Source: Alphaproteobacteria bacterium
GTDB taxonomy: Bacteria; Pseudomonadota; Alphaproteobacteria; UBA828
Reading direction: 5' to 3'
Length of the DNA stretch: 64,000 bases
Assembly (NCBI GenBank): GCA_965248825.1
Contig: CBDFKL010000004.1
Coordinates: 18,910-82,909, forward strand
Part shown: piece by piece, positions 41,331-50,645 of the stretch
Numbering within the stretch: the stretch's first letter is position 1
Layout: each line of letters opens with the position of its first letter
Translations under genes and position numbers: made by a program
Notes under the pieces: generated by a model
Told to the model about the DNA's origin: nothing
Seen by the model: the letters and a program-made list of their open reading frames with translations, nothing else
Databases searched by the model: none

Positions 41331-41564
41331 CAATCCCTCCATCGGAGCGGGCCGCCCGGTTGGCGTGAGACCCGGACGCAAGCCTACGGCCCCAATGTGG
41401 CCATTATCAAGCGCACGTCCAGTCCGGAATGACGGTGGGGGCCGGAAACAGAGCACCGAACGTCTCGCGCTTCCGGATGCCACGCGGCAGTCGGCCCTGA
41501 TTCACCGCTCCGGCCGATGTCGGACCATGCTAGGTTCGGGCCCAGACGAGGGGAACGGGCTCAG

Positions 41565-42497
41565 ATGGCGAAGACGATCCTTTTCAGCCATCCAATCTGC
41601 GCCGAGCATGATCCGGGTGCGCACCATCCGGAATCGGGCGCGCGCCTGCGGGCGATCCTCGATGCGCTCGGGGCAGACGCTTTCGACAGTCTGGAGCGTC
41701 GCGAGGCGCCGATCGGGCAACCCGAAATCCTGACTTGGGCGCACGATCCGGCTCTGGTCGACGCGATTCTGGCGAACGTGCCGAGCGAGGGGCGGGCCGC
41801 GATCGACGACGACACGGTGATGTCGCCGGCCTCGGGTGAGGCGGCCAGGCGTGCCGCCGGCGCTGTCGTTGCAGCGGTGGACGCCGTGCTTGCCGGGGAG
41901 GCGGACAATGCCTTCTGTGCGGTCCGCCCGCCCGGCCACCATGCCGAGCCGCGCCGGCCGATGGGGTTCTGCCTCTTCAACAATGTCGTGATCGGCGCGG
42001 AGCGGGCGCGGCGCGAGCATGGGCTCACCCGGGTTGCGGTGGTCGACTTCGACGTCCATCACGGCAACGGCACCCAGGTCGCGTTCGAGCAAGACGGCGA
42101 TCTCTTCTTCGGTTCGACCCATCAGTCGCCGCTCTATCCAGGCACCGGCGCGGCGAGCGAGACCGGGGTCGGCAATATCGTCAACGCGCCGCTCAAGCCC
42201 GGCGCGGGATCGGTCGAGTTCCGGGATGCGATGGAGAGCCGTCTGTTGCCGGCACTGCGCGAATTTCGGCCGGAGCTGATCCTGATCTCGGCCGGCTTCG
42301 ATGCCCACCGCGACGACCCGCTCGCCGCGCTCGAGCTGATCGAGAGCGACTATGGTTGGATCACGACCCAGCTGACCCGGCTCGCGGGCGAGTTCTGCGA
42401 CGGGCGCGTCGTCTCGACTCTCGAGGGCGGCTATGACCTTCGCGCGCTGGCCGCGAGCGCAGGCACCCATGTCGCTGCGCTGATGGCGGCCGAGTGA
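41565..42497 (+). CDS. Histone-deacetylase-family (acetoin-utilisation/AcuC-like) deacetylase
   Basis: RPPGHHAE, FDVHHGNGTQ and LEGGYDL motifs. Confidence 0.85.
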   Translation: MAKTILFSHPICAEHDPGAHHPESGARLRAILDALGADAFDSLERREAPIGQPEILTWAHDPALVDAILANVPSEGRAAIDDDTVMSPASGEAARRAAGAVVAAVDAVLAGEADNAFCAVRPPGHHAEPRRPMGFCLFNNVVIGAERARREHGLTRVAVVDFDVHHGNGTQVAFEQDGDLFFGSTHQSPLYPGTGAASETGVGNIVNAPLKPGAGSVEFRDAMESRLLPALREFRPELILISAGFDAHRDDPLAALELIESDYGWITTQLTRLAGEFCDGRVVSTLEGGYDLRALAASAGTHVAALMAAE

Positions 42498-42521
42498 GCG
42501 CGGCGCGGCACCGGCACCAGC

Positions 42522-43869
42522 TGTCGAGAACATTCTGAACTGACCGGTTTATGTACCATATGAATTGACCGCTTCAGTTGTGGTTGTTGGGCCGGTCGCG
42601 TCGAAGCGGATCACGCGGCCTGTCTGTGGCTTGTGTTGATGGGCGACCCGTCGGCCTGGTATCGGGCCAGGCAGCGCGGCCCATGGAAGACGGCGAGGGT
42701 GCGGTCGGGGTATTCGTGGACCCGGACCCTTGCCTTGACGTAGTGGCGGCGATGGCGGTCGGGCGGGATCGCCAGCACCAGTCGTTTGTAGCGCACGGTG
42801 TTGTCGTTGGAGATGGTGCGCTCCCGCTGCACGCAGAGGATGTCGTCGAGGGCACCGGCGAAGGGCACGAAGGCGGTGCCCTCGGCTTCCGGCGGCACCG
42901 CGAAGCGGGCGTTGTGGCCTGGCAGGGAGAGCTCCTTGAGGAAGCGGTTGGCCTGGGCCATGTCGGTGATGCCGGCGAGCCTGAGCTCCTGGGGCAGGCG
43001 CTTCTGCAGGGTGGCGAACATGCGCTCCGAGCGCCCCCTTGCCTCGGGCGAGTAGGCCGGGATCAGCTCGATGCCGAGCTGGACCAAGGCGCGGCCGAAC
43101 TGGGTCGGATTGTCCTTGTCGACCGTGCCGCCGGCCTCGGGCGTGTGCCAGTAGTGGCCGGCGCGGTCGGCATAGAGCGAGCAGAACAGCCCGCGCTCCC
43201 GGATCACCTCGTCCAGGGCGGTAAAGCTGCTCATGGTGCCCTCTTCGGCGACGAAGAAGGCCGAGTAGATCTCACTGGTGGCATCGTCCATGGTGACGAT
43301 CAGATCCCACCACTGATCGGGGACCCACGCGTGGCTCGAGCCGTCTTGATGCAGCATCATGCCGGGAAGCGCGCGGCGCGGCCGCTTGCGCCGGTGCGCC
43401 CCGCGCCTCGGCGCCGCACGGGTGCGGCCATGGGCCTGCAAGCTCAGCCGCACCCAGTTGTAGCTGCGCTTGAAGGCATGGTCCGCGACCAGCTTCTCGT
43501 GGAAATGCTTGGCGGTGAAGTCCCAGTAGCGGGTGTCGAACAGCGCCAACAGCGCCGTCACCTCGTCCACTGCCGCGCGCCGCGCCGAGACCCGGCCGAG
43601 ACGGCGATCGTAGAGCCCTTCCGCGCCGTCCGCCTGGTAGCGGTCACGCCAGCGCCGGAAGGTGCGTTCCGAAACGCCGAGAACCTCCGCCGCCTCGGCC
43701 TGGCTCAAGCCACCCCGATGGGTGCGGCCGTAAATCTCCTCGAACTTCATCAATCTCAGTCCCTGCAACTGCTCTGTCCGGCGCATCCAAACCCTCCATA
43801 GCCTGGAGAGCTTCTAATTCCGGACAGATCATCTGGTACATAAACCGGACATACCGTGTGTTAGCGACA
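42522..43869 (-). mobile_element. IS element copy 1 (1348 bp; rve/DDE transposase, ISNCY/IS1202-family-like)
   Basis: Ends are TGTCGAGAACA... and ...TGTTAGCGACA. Both ends share an internal CCGGTTTATGTACCA. Flanked by direct repeats GCGCGGCACCGGCACCAGC(T) at 42503-42522 and 43871-43890. Boundaries are good to about 2 nt. Confidence 0.8.
42611..43786 (-). CDS. IS transposase (N-terminal HTH plus integrase-core rve domain)
   Basis: 391 aa. HTH region LSQAEAAEVLGVSERTFRRWRDRY and DDE-core-like stretches (LHQDGSSHAW, VTMDDATSEIY, YADRAGHY, YSPEARGRSER). Confidence 0.85.
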   Translation of the reverse strand: MRRTEQLQGLRLMKFEEIYGRTHRGGLSQAEAAEVLGVSERTFRRWRDRYQADGAEGLYDRRLGRVSARRAAVDEVTALLALFDTRYWDFTAKHFHEKLVADHAFKRSYNWVRLSLQAHGRTRAAPRRGAHRRKRPRRALPGMMLHQDGSSHAWVPDQWWDLIVTMDDATSEIYSAFFVAEEGTMSSFTALDEVIRERGLFCSLYADRAGHYWHTPEAGGTVDKDNPTQFGRALVQLGIELIPAYSPEARGRSERMFATLQKRLPQELRLAGITDMAQANRFLKELSLPGHNARFAVPPEAEGTAFVPFAGALDDILCVQRERTISNDNTVRYKRLVLAIPPDRHRRHYVKARVRVHEYPDRTLAVFHGPRCLARYQADGSPINTSHRQAA

Positions 43870-43926
43870 CGCGCGGCACCGGCACCAGCTTGCCGAGCGA
43901 CGGGGCACTCTTTAGACTCAAGCCCC

Positions 43927-44175
43927 ATGAGCAAGAGCGGGGAAAAAGAAGCGGAGACGCCGACCTTCGAGAGCGCGATGCGCGAGCTTGAGAAGATCGT
44001 CCATGATCTGGAGGCCGGGGAGACGGACCTCGAAGCCGCCATCGCGGCGTATGAGCGCGGCGTCACTCTGAAGAAATTCTGTGAGGACAAATTGCGGCAA
44101 GCCGAGCTCCGTGTCGAAAAGATAGAGAGCGATGCGGCCGGCGCCGTCCGAACGGAACCGTTCGAGAGCGGCTGA
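43927..44175 (+). CDS. xseB: Exodeoxyribonuclease VII small subunit
   Basis: FESAMRELEKIVHDLEAGETDLEAAIAAYERGVTLKKFCEDKL is characteristic. ATG 43927. Confidence 0.9.
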   Translation: MSKSGEKEAETPTFESAMRELEKIVHDLEAGETDLEAAIAAYERGVTLKKFCEDKLRQAELRVEKIESDAAGAVRTEPFESG

Positions 44176-44182
44176 GGACGGC

Positions 44183-45070
44183 GTGACGTCGTTGGAGCAC
44201 GCGCTCCGCGAGGCGGCGGAAGCGGTGGACGCGGCGCTCGATTCCTTCGTTCCGGAGCCGAATGGCGAGGACGGGCGCCTCTTCGAAGCGATGCGCTATT
44301 CGCTCTTCGCCGGCGGCAAGCGCCTGCGGCCGTTTCTGGTTCTCTCCGGCGCCGATCTGTTCGAGGTGCCGCGCGCCTGGTCGGTCAACACCGCCGCCGC
44401 CATCGAGATGGTGCACACCTATTCGCTGGTCCATGACGATCTGCCGGCGATGGACGACGACGATCTCCGCCGCGGCAAGCCGACCTGCCATGTCGCGTTC
44501 GATGAGGCGACCGCGATCCTGGCCGGCGATTCCCTGCTTACCCTGGCCTTCGAGGCGGTCACGACGCCCTCGGGCCATCCCGACGCGGCGGTTCGGGCCG
44601 AGCTCGCCTGCGCGCTCGCCCGCGCCGCCGGCGGCGCGGGAATGGCGGGCGGTCAGGCAATCGACTTGGCGGCAGAGACCCAGGCGCTCGGCATCGACGA
44701 GGTGATCCGGCTGCAGAAGCTCAAGACCGGCGCGTTGTTCGGCTTCTCCTGCGAAGCCGGCGCCATTCTCGCCCGGGAGGACGGCCAGGCCCGCGCCGCG
44801 CTGCGCGACTATGCAGCCCGGATCGGCCTCGCTTTCCAGATCGCCGACGATCTGCTCGACCATGAAGGCTCGGAGGCCGATCTCGGCAAGGCCGTCGGCA
44901 AGGACGCCGCGGCAGGCAAGGCTACCTTCGTCGGCCTGCTCGGCCCCGAGGAGGCCCGCCGGCGGGCCGAGGCAATCGTCGATGAAGCCATTGCCGGCCT
45001 CGCCTCGTTCGACGACAAGGCGGCGCCGCTGCGCGACGTCGCCCGATACATTGTGGAGCGGCGGCACTGA
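44183..45070 (+). CDS. ispA: (2E,6E)-farnesyl-diphosphate synthase / polyprenyl synthetase
   Basis: First DDxxD as VHDDLPAMDDDDLRRG and second as QIADDLLD. GTG 44183 follows GAGGA. Classic xseB-ispA arrangement. Confidence 0.85.
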   Translation: MTSLEHALREAAEAVDAALDSFVPEPNGEDGRLFEAMRYSLFAGGKRLRPFLVLSGADLFEVPRAWSVNTAAAIEMVHTYSLVHDDLPAMDDDDLRRGKPTCHVAFDEATAILAGDSLLTLAFEAVTTPSGHPDAAVRAELACALARAAGGAGMAGGQAIDLAAETQALGIDEVIRLQKLKTGALFGFSCEAGAILAREDGQARAALRDYAARIGLAFQIADDLLDHEGSEADLGKAVGKDAAAGKATFVGLLGPEEARRRAEAIVDEAIAGLASFDDKAAPLRDVARYIVERRH

Positions 45071-45141
45071 GCCGGCGCATCGCCCGCACGACCGACACGG
45101 CGTCGGCGAAGGGCTCGCGCGGCAAGAGCCGGCTCGACGCC

Positions 45142-45909
45142 GTGCTCGTCGCACGCGGCCTGGCCGAGACCAGGACCAAAGCCCAGGCATTGATCCTTGC
45201 GGGCCGGGTTTTCTCCGGCGAGCGGCGCCTCGACAAGCCGGGCCTTCAGGTCGCTCGCGATCTCGCGCTCGCGGTGCGCGGCCCCGATCACCCCTGGGTC
45301 TCGCGCGGCGGGCTCAAGCTCGACCACGCGCTGAGCCATTTCGGGATCGATCCGCGCGGCCTGACGGCGCTCGATATCGGTGCGTCGACCGGCGGCTTCA
45401 CCGACGTGTTGTGCGCGCGGCGCGCGCGGCGCGTGTTTGCCGTCGACGTCGGCTACGGCCAGCTCGTTCCCCGCCTTCGCGGTGATCCCCGGGTCGTGGT
45501 GCTGGAGCGGACCAATGCGCGCCGTCTGACGTCGGAACAGGTGCCGGACGCGATCGATCTTATCGTTTGCGATGCGAGCTTCATCGGCCTGCGAACGATT
45601 CTGCCTGCGCCTTTGTCGCTCGCCGCGCCCGGCGCGCGGCTGGTCGCCCTGATCAAACCGCAATTCGAGGCCGGGCCGGAGCGAGTCGGGAAGGGCGGCA
45701 TCGTGCGCGATCCCGCCGTTCATGCAGAGGTCTGCGACAGGATCCGCGCCTGGCTGGAAAATCGGCACTGGCCGGTGCTCGGACTCATCGAGAGCCCGAT
45801 CAGGGGCCGCGACGGCAACATCGAGTTCCTGATTGCAGCCGAGCGCCTCCTATGCGAACACATAGGCGAAGAAACGGTTAGTATGACGGGCAGGAGAAGG
45901 GGCTCATGA
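45142..45909 (+). CDS. tlyA: TlyA-family rRNA (cytidine-2'-O)-methyltransferase (start uncertain)
   Basis: S4-like N-terminus (RLDAV)LVARGLAETRTKAQALI and FtsJ-type SAM motif LDIGASTGGFTD. The conserved RLD lies in frame upstream of the first GTG (45142). Confidence 0.8.
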   Translation: MLVARGLAETRTKAQALILAGRVFSGERRLDKPGLQVARDLALAVRGPDHPWVSRGGLKLDHALSHFGIDPRGLTALDIGASTGGFTDVLCARRARRVFAVDVGYGQLVPRLRGDPRVVVLERTNARRLTSEQVPDAIDLIVCDASFIGLRTILPAPLSLAAPGARLVALIKPQFEAGPERVGKGGIVRDPAVHAEVCDRIRAWLENRHWPVLGLIESPIRGRDGNIEFLIAAERLLCEHIGEETVSMTGRRRGS

Positions 45910-46397
45910 CCGAATACACGACAGAGCTCGGATCGCTCGACAATTACCGCAAAGGCGGGGTCCACATCATCAATGACGACCCGCGGAATTACGTCTTTTC
46001 GAATGTGTTCGAGGTCGCCCGCAAGGCCGCGCCGTTCGAGCGGGTGTGCGTCGCGAAGAACCTGGAATATGTGATCGAGATCATGCGCGTGGAAGGGGCC
46101 TCGCCGTGGTTCACGGCCGCGCATGACGAGTTCGCGTTGTGTCTGGACGGCGCCATCGAGGTCGAACTGGTCAAGCACGCAGGCGAGATGCCGGAAGGCG
46201 ACGGCGCCCAGCGGCTCGACGGAGAGCCCGGCGGCGCGCCCATGGGGCGGATCAGGGCCGGGCGCGGCCATTTGGCGCTGCTGCCGAGCCACGCCGCCTA
46301 CCGTATCGCGGCGGCGCAGCCGAGCGTCGTCCTGTTCCAATCGATCGACGGCCCGCTCACCGTGCAGAAGTGGGCCGAGATCTGCCAGACCGCATGA
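45906..46397 (+). CDS. Candidate small subunit of a two-subunit (type II) hydroquinone 1,2-dioxygenase
   Basis: 163-aa ORF, ATGA-coupled to tlyA and immediately upstream of the large-subunit-like gene. The size matches HapC/PnpC/HqdA-type subunits. The assignment is mostly by context. Confidence 0.45.
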   Translation: MTEYTTELGSLDNYRKGGVHIINDDPRNYVFSNVFEVARKAAPFERVCVAKNLEYVIEIMRVEGASPWFTAAHDEFALCLDGAIEVELVKHAGEMPEGDGAQRLDGEPGGAPMGRIRAGRGHLALLPSHAAYRIAAAQPSVVLFQSIDGPLTVQKWAEICQTA

Positions 46398-46459
46398 GCG
46401 AGGGCGGATCCCTTCCAATAGGGGATCGCCGGCTCGGGCGAGGGAAAGGGGAAACAGCA

Positions 46460-47443
46460 ATGGCGACACAGCCGGCCTATACGGCCACGGATCCGGACAA
46501 CTACACCGGCTACCGGAGCTTCCAAATCGGCGGCTTCGGCTTCAGGCGCGACGAGTATTTCGCCCATATCAGTTGGCCCGACGGCGCGCATCTGATGCGG
46601 GTGGATTCGTTTCTGCGCGCGCTCGTGCGGGTGGTGGCGTGGAACTTCTTCTACGGCACGCTCAACTTCGATGACGTGTTCGGGACGACCAACCTCTATG
46701 GCCGGGTCGAGCTCTATGTCGGGCGCTTCAACGATGCCTATCGAACGAATGGCCGCGATTACCAAGAGACGATTGATTCCGACGAGTTGAGGGACGCCTT
46801 CAAGGCGATGCTCGACGACTGGACCAACACCGGTTACGACCCGTTCGCGGCTCCCCAGGAGACCGCGCAGCCGTTCGGCCGCAAGAGCGGGCGCAACCCC
46901 GATGCCCTCGACCGCGTGCGGGTGATGGCGAAACGCATGGTCGGATTGCCCGGCGACGCACCGATCCGCACCGACGAGAGCGGCTATCCGGTCAACCGCA
47001 TGTTCGCCGACGTCTCCCAGGACGAGCCCGAGGTCGAGGCCGAGCCGGGCTTCGAGGGCGAGGTGCAGGCGTTCAACCTGTTCGCCTATCTGTCGCGCTC
47101 CGACGTGACCTGGAACCCGTCGGTCTGCACCGTGTTGCGGGACAGCCTGTTCTGCCCGACCTCGGAGGAGTTCAGCCTGCCGGTCGAGCACGGCAATGAT
47201 CGCGTCGAGTGGTTCATCCAGCTCTCCGATGAGATCATCTGGGACGTCAAGGACAAGGAGAGCGGCGATCCGCGGGCGGTGGTGACCATGCGCGCCGGTG
47301 ATGTCGCCTGCATGCCGGCCGACATAAGGCACCAGGGCTTTTCACCCAAGCGCTCGATGCTGCTGGTGTGGGAGAACGCCTCGCCGGCGCTGCCCGAGAT
47401 GGTCGCCAAGGGCGAGGCGCCGATCGTCCCGGTCCGGTTCTGA
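46460..47443 (+). CDS. Candidate large (catalytic, C-terminal cupin) subunit of hydroquinone 1,2-dioxygenase
   Basis: 327 aa from ATG 46460 (AAGGGGA RBS). VEHGNDRVE...ADIRH gives H244-x-N246-x3-E250...H291. This has the same spacing as the Fe ligands I recall for PnpD (H256/N258/E262/H303). Confidence 0.6.
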   Translation: MATQPAYTATDPDNYTGYRSFQIGGFGFRRDEYFAHISWPDGAHLMRVDSFLRALVRVVAWNFFYGTLNFDDVFGTTNLYGRVELYVGRFNDAYRTNGRDYQETIDSDELRDAFKAMLDDWTNTGYDPFAAPQETAQPFGRKSGRNPDALDRVRVMAKRMVGLPGDAPIRTDESGYPVNRMFADVSQDEPEVEAEPGFEGEVQAFNLFAYLSRSDVTWNPSVCTVLRDSLFCPTSEEFSLPVEHGNDRVEWFIQLSDEIIWDVKDKESGDPRAVVTMRAGDVACMPADIRHQGFSPKRSMLLVWENASPALPEMVAKGEAPIVPVRF

Positions 47444-47459
47444 GCCGCGCGCGCAAGGG

Positions 47460-48929
47460 ATGGACATCCAGACCGGGCTCTTCGTCGACAACGAGTTCGT
47501 CGATGCGGCCGACGGCGGCGCGATCGACGTGCTCAACCCGCACGACAATTCGACGATCTGCGCGGTCGCCGAGGCGCGCGAGCCGGATATCGACGCCGCC
47601 GTCGACGCCGCGCGGCGCGCCTTCCCGGCCTGGCGCGACACGCCGGCGGCGGAGCGCGGCCATCTGCTGCTCAAGCTCGCCGACGCGATCGAGGCCGAAG
47701 CCGAGGCATTCCAGCGCCTCGAGGCGCTGGACACCGGCCATCCGATCCGTGATACCGAGCGCCTCGACGTGCCGCGAACCGTCGTCACCTACCGCTATTT
47801 CGGCGGCATGGCGGACAAGCTCGAAGGGACGGTCATCCCCGTCGAGCAGGGCTTTCTCAACTATGTCCAGCGCGAGCCGATCGGCGTCGTCGGCCAGATC
47901 GTTCCGTGGAACTTCCCGCTCATGTTCACGGGCTGGAAGCTCGGCCCGGCGCTCGCCGCCGGAAACACGGTCGTGATGAAGCAGGCGGAGCTCACCCCGC
48001 TTACCACCCTCAAGATCGCCGCCCTCGCCCGCGAGGTGGGGTTCCCGCCGGGGGTGCTCAATGTGGTCCAGGGTTATGGCGCGGTCGCCGGGCAGCATCT
48101 CGCCGAGCATCCCGGGGTGGACAAGATTTCGTTCACCGGCTCCACCGCGACCGGTCGCAAGATCGTCGAGGCCTCGGCCGGGAATCTGAAGCGCCTGCAT
48201 CTCGAGCTCGGCGGCAAGGGCGCCAATATCGTGTTCGACGACGCCTATATCCCCGCCGCGATCGGCGGGGCGGCCTTCGCGATCTTCCATAACCAGGGTC
48301 AGGCCTGCATCGCGGGCTCGCGGCTCCTGCTTCATGAAGCGATCAAGGACGAGTTCCTCGACGGCTTCCTCGCGCTCGCGAAGTCGATCAGGCTCGGCGA
48401 TCCGCTCGATCGGGCGACCGAGATGGGCCCCTTGACCTCGGAAATGCATCGTGACCGCGTTCTCACCTATTGCGAGATCGCCCACCAGCAGGGCGCCGAG
48501 ATCCTCACCGGCGGCAAGGCGCCGGACGACGAGGCCCTGTCGAGAGGCTGTTATGTCGAGCCCACCGTCGTTATCGCCCAACCGCAAGATCGGGTTTGTC
48601 AGGAAGAGGTGTTCGGCCCGTTCGTCAGCGTCTCCACCTTTCGCGAGGAGGAGGAGGTGATCGCGCTCGCCAACGGCACCAGCTACGGGCTCGGCGGCGG
48701 GCTGTGGACCGGCAACCTCCAGCGCGCCCATCGCGTTGCGCGTCACATGGCCAGCGGCATGGTCTGGATCAACTGCTACAAGCGGGTGAATCCCGGCTCG
48801 CCCTTCGGCGGCGTAAAGGGCTCGGGCTATGGCCGCGAGATGGGATTCGAGGCGATGCGCGCCTATACCGAGCCGAAGTCGGTGTGGGTCAATGTCGAGG
48901 CCCGGATCCCGCCTTTCTACCCGCGCTAG
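47460..48929 (+). CDS. NAD(P)-dependent aldehyde dehydrogenase (4-hydroxymuconic-semialdehyde-dehydrogenase candidate)
   Basis: 489 aa. Catalytic Glu LELGGKG and Cys FHNQGQACIAGSR. Confidence 0.85.
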   Translation: MDIQTGLFVDNEFVDAADGGAIDVLNPHDNSTICAVAEAREPDIDAAVDAARRAFPAWRDTPAAERGHLLLKLADAIEAEAEAFQRLEALDTGHPIRDTERLDVPRTVVTYRYFGGMADKLEGTVIPVEQGFLNYVQREPIGVVGQIVPWNFPLMFTGWKLGPALAAGNTVVMKQAELTPLTTLKIAALAREVGFPPGVLNVVQGYGAVAGQHLAEHPGVDKISFTGSTATGRKIVEASAGNLKRLHLELGGKGANIVFDDAYIPAAIGGAAFAIFHNQGQACIAGSRLLLHEAIKDEFLDGFLALAKSIRLGDPLDRATEMGPLTSEMHRDRVLTYCEIAHQQGAEILTGGKAPDDEALSRGCYVEPTVVIAQPQDRVCQEEVFGPFVSVSTFREEEEVIALANGTSYGLGGGLWTGNLQRAHRVARHMASGMVWINCYKRVNPGSPFGGVKGSGYGREMGFEAMRAYTEPKSVWVNVEARIPPFYPR

Positions 48930-48936
48930 GGCGCCG

Positions 48937-49806
48937 ATGGCCGAGATCACCTCGCTTCGGGAGGCGGTGGCCGCGCTCATCCGGGACGGCGACACCGTCG
49001 CCATGGAGGGTTTCACCCATCTGATCCCGCACGCCGCGGGCCACGCGGTGATCCGCGCCGGGATCAAGGACCTGACGGCGGTCCGGATGACGCCGGACCT
49101 GATCTACGACCAGCTCATCGGCATGGGCTGCATTCGCCGCCTGGTCTTCTCCTGGGGCGGCAATCCCGGCGTCGGCTCGTTGCACCGCTTTCGCGATGCG
49201 GTCGAGAAGGGCTGGCCGCTGCCGCTCGAGATCGAGGAGCGCAGCCATGCCGATCTCGCGAATGCCTATGTCGCGGGCGCGAGCGGGCTTCCCTTCGCGG
49301 TGATGCGGGGCTATGTCGGCTCGGACCTGCCGGCGCACAACCCGCTCATCAAGACCGTTACCTGCCCGTTTACCGGCGAGGCGCTCGCGGCCACGCCCGC
49401 CGTCCGCCCCGATGTCGCGGTGATCCACGCCCAGCAGGCCGACCGCAAGGGCAATGTCATGCTGTGGGGCATCTCGGGCGTGCAGAAGGAAGCGGCCCTT
49501 GCCGCCAAGCGGGTGATCGTCACGGTCGAGGAGATCGTCGACAGCCTCGAGCCGCGCGCGAGCGCCGTGATTCTGCCACGTTGGGTCGTGAGCGCGGTCT
49601 GCCTCGAGCCCGGCGGCGCGCGCCCCTCCTATGCGCTCGGCTACTACCCGCGCGACAATCGCTTCTACAAAGCCTGGGACGCCATCGCGCGCGAGCGAGA
49701 GACCTTCAGTGCGTGGATGGCGCGCCATGTGCTCGGCACGGAGGATTTCGCGAGCTATGAGCGAAGTCTCGCCGATGCCGAGATGCCTCGGGCGGCCCAT
49801 GGCTGA
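48937..49806 (+). CDS. CoA-transferase subunit A (glutaconate-CoA-transferase-like family I)
   Basis: MAEITSLREAVAALIRDGDTVAMEGF... ATG 48937. Confidence 0.8.
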   Translation: MAEITSLREAVAALIRDGDTVAMEGFTHLIPHAAGHAVIRAGIKDLTAVRMTPDLIYDQLIGMGCIRRLVFSWGGNPGVGSLHRFRDAVEKGWPLPLEIEERSHADLANAYVAGASGLPFAVMRGYVGSDLPAHNPLIKTVTCPFTGEALAATPAVRPDVAVIHAQQADRKGNVMLWGISGVQKEAALAAKRVIVTVEEIVDSLEPRASAVILPRWVVSAVCLEPGGARPSYALGYYPRDNRFYKAWDAIARERETFSAWMARHVLGTEDFASYERSLADAEMPRAAHG

Positions 49807-50578
49807 GCGGGATTTCACCGCCGACGAGATGATGACCGTTGCCGCGGCGCGTCTTCTCGGCAACGACACGGTCTGCTTCGTCGGCATCGGTCTGCCGAGC
49901 GCCGCCGCCAATTTGGCGCGCGCGACCCATGCGCCGGACGTCGTGCTGATCTACGAATCGGGCACGGTTGGCGCGAAGCCGGACGTTCTGCCGCTCTCGA
50001 TCGGCGACGGCGAGCTCGCCGAGACCGCCGACATGGTGGTCTCGACGCCCGAGATCTTCCGCTATTGGCTCCAGGGCGGCCGCATTACCGTGGGGTTCCT
50101 CGGTGCGGCCCAGCTCGATCGCTACGGCAATATCAACACGACGGTCATCGGAGCTTACGAGAAGCCCAAGGTCCGCCTGCCCGGCGCCGGCGGCGCGCCG
50201 GAGATCGCCGCGCTTGCCGGCGAGGTCTTCGTCATCATGCGCCAGTCGTCACGCAGCTTCGTCGAGCGCGTCGACTTCGTGACCTCCGCCGGCCATCTTA
50301 CCGGCGGCGACTGGCGCCGCCGCGCCGAGCTTCCGGGCCGTGGCCCGACCGTGGTGATCACGGATCTCGGTGTTCTCGAGCCCCATCCCGAGAGCCACGA
50401 GCTAATCCTTACCCAAGTCCATCCCGGCATCGCGGTCGAGGAGGTGCGCGCCGCCACCGGCTGGCCCCTTGCGCTTGCCGATCGGCTCGCCACGTCTCCG
50501 GCGCCGACCGACGACGAGCTGGCTGCGCTCCGCGCGCTTCACACGCGCACCGCTGAGGCCCACGGCCGGGCCGCGTGA
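49799..50578 (+). CDS. CoA-transferase subunit B
   Basis: FTADEMMTVAAARLL...LIYESG...GAAQLDRYGNINTTVIG. There is an 8-nt overlap with subunit A. Confidence 0.8.
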   Translation: MAERDFTADEMMTVAAARLLGNDTVCFVGIGLPSAAANLARATHAPDVVLIYESGTVGAKPDVLPLSIGDGELAETADMVVSTPEIFRYWLQGGRITVGFLGAAQLDRYGNINTTVIGAYEKPKVRLPGAGGAPEIAALAGEVFVIMRQSSRSFVERVDFVTSAGHLTGGDWRRRAELPGRGPTVVITDLGVLEPHPESHELILTQVHPGIAVEEVRAATGWPLALADRLATSPAPTDDELAALRALHTRTAEAHGRAA

Positions 50579-50645
50579 CGCGCAGCGCCGCGAGCGGCGT
50601 CGATCCGTCGCGTTCAACGGCCTCCCGGACGGCGCCGGCCGGCGG

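Noticed and set aside
20207-47443. A single 4-hydroxyacetophenone-type pathway linking the DAD-like cupin (20207-20716) with the hydroquinone-dioxygenase-like genes (45906-47443)
   Set aside because: The genes are 25 kb apart, on different strands and in unrelated operons. The two enzymes belong to different catabolic routes.
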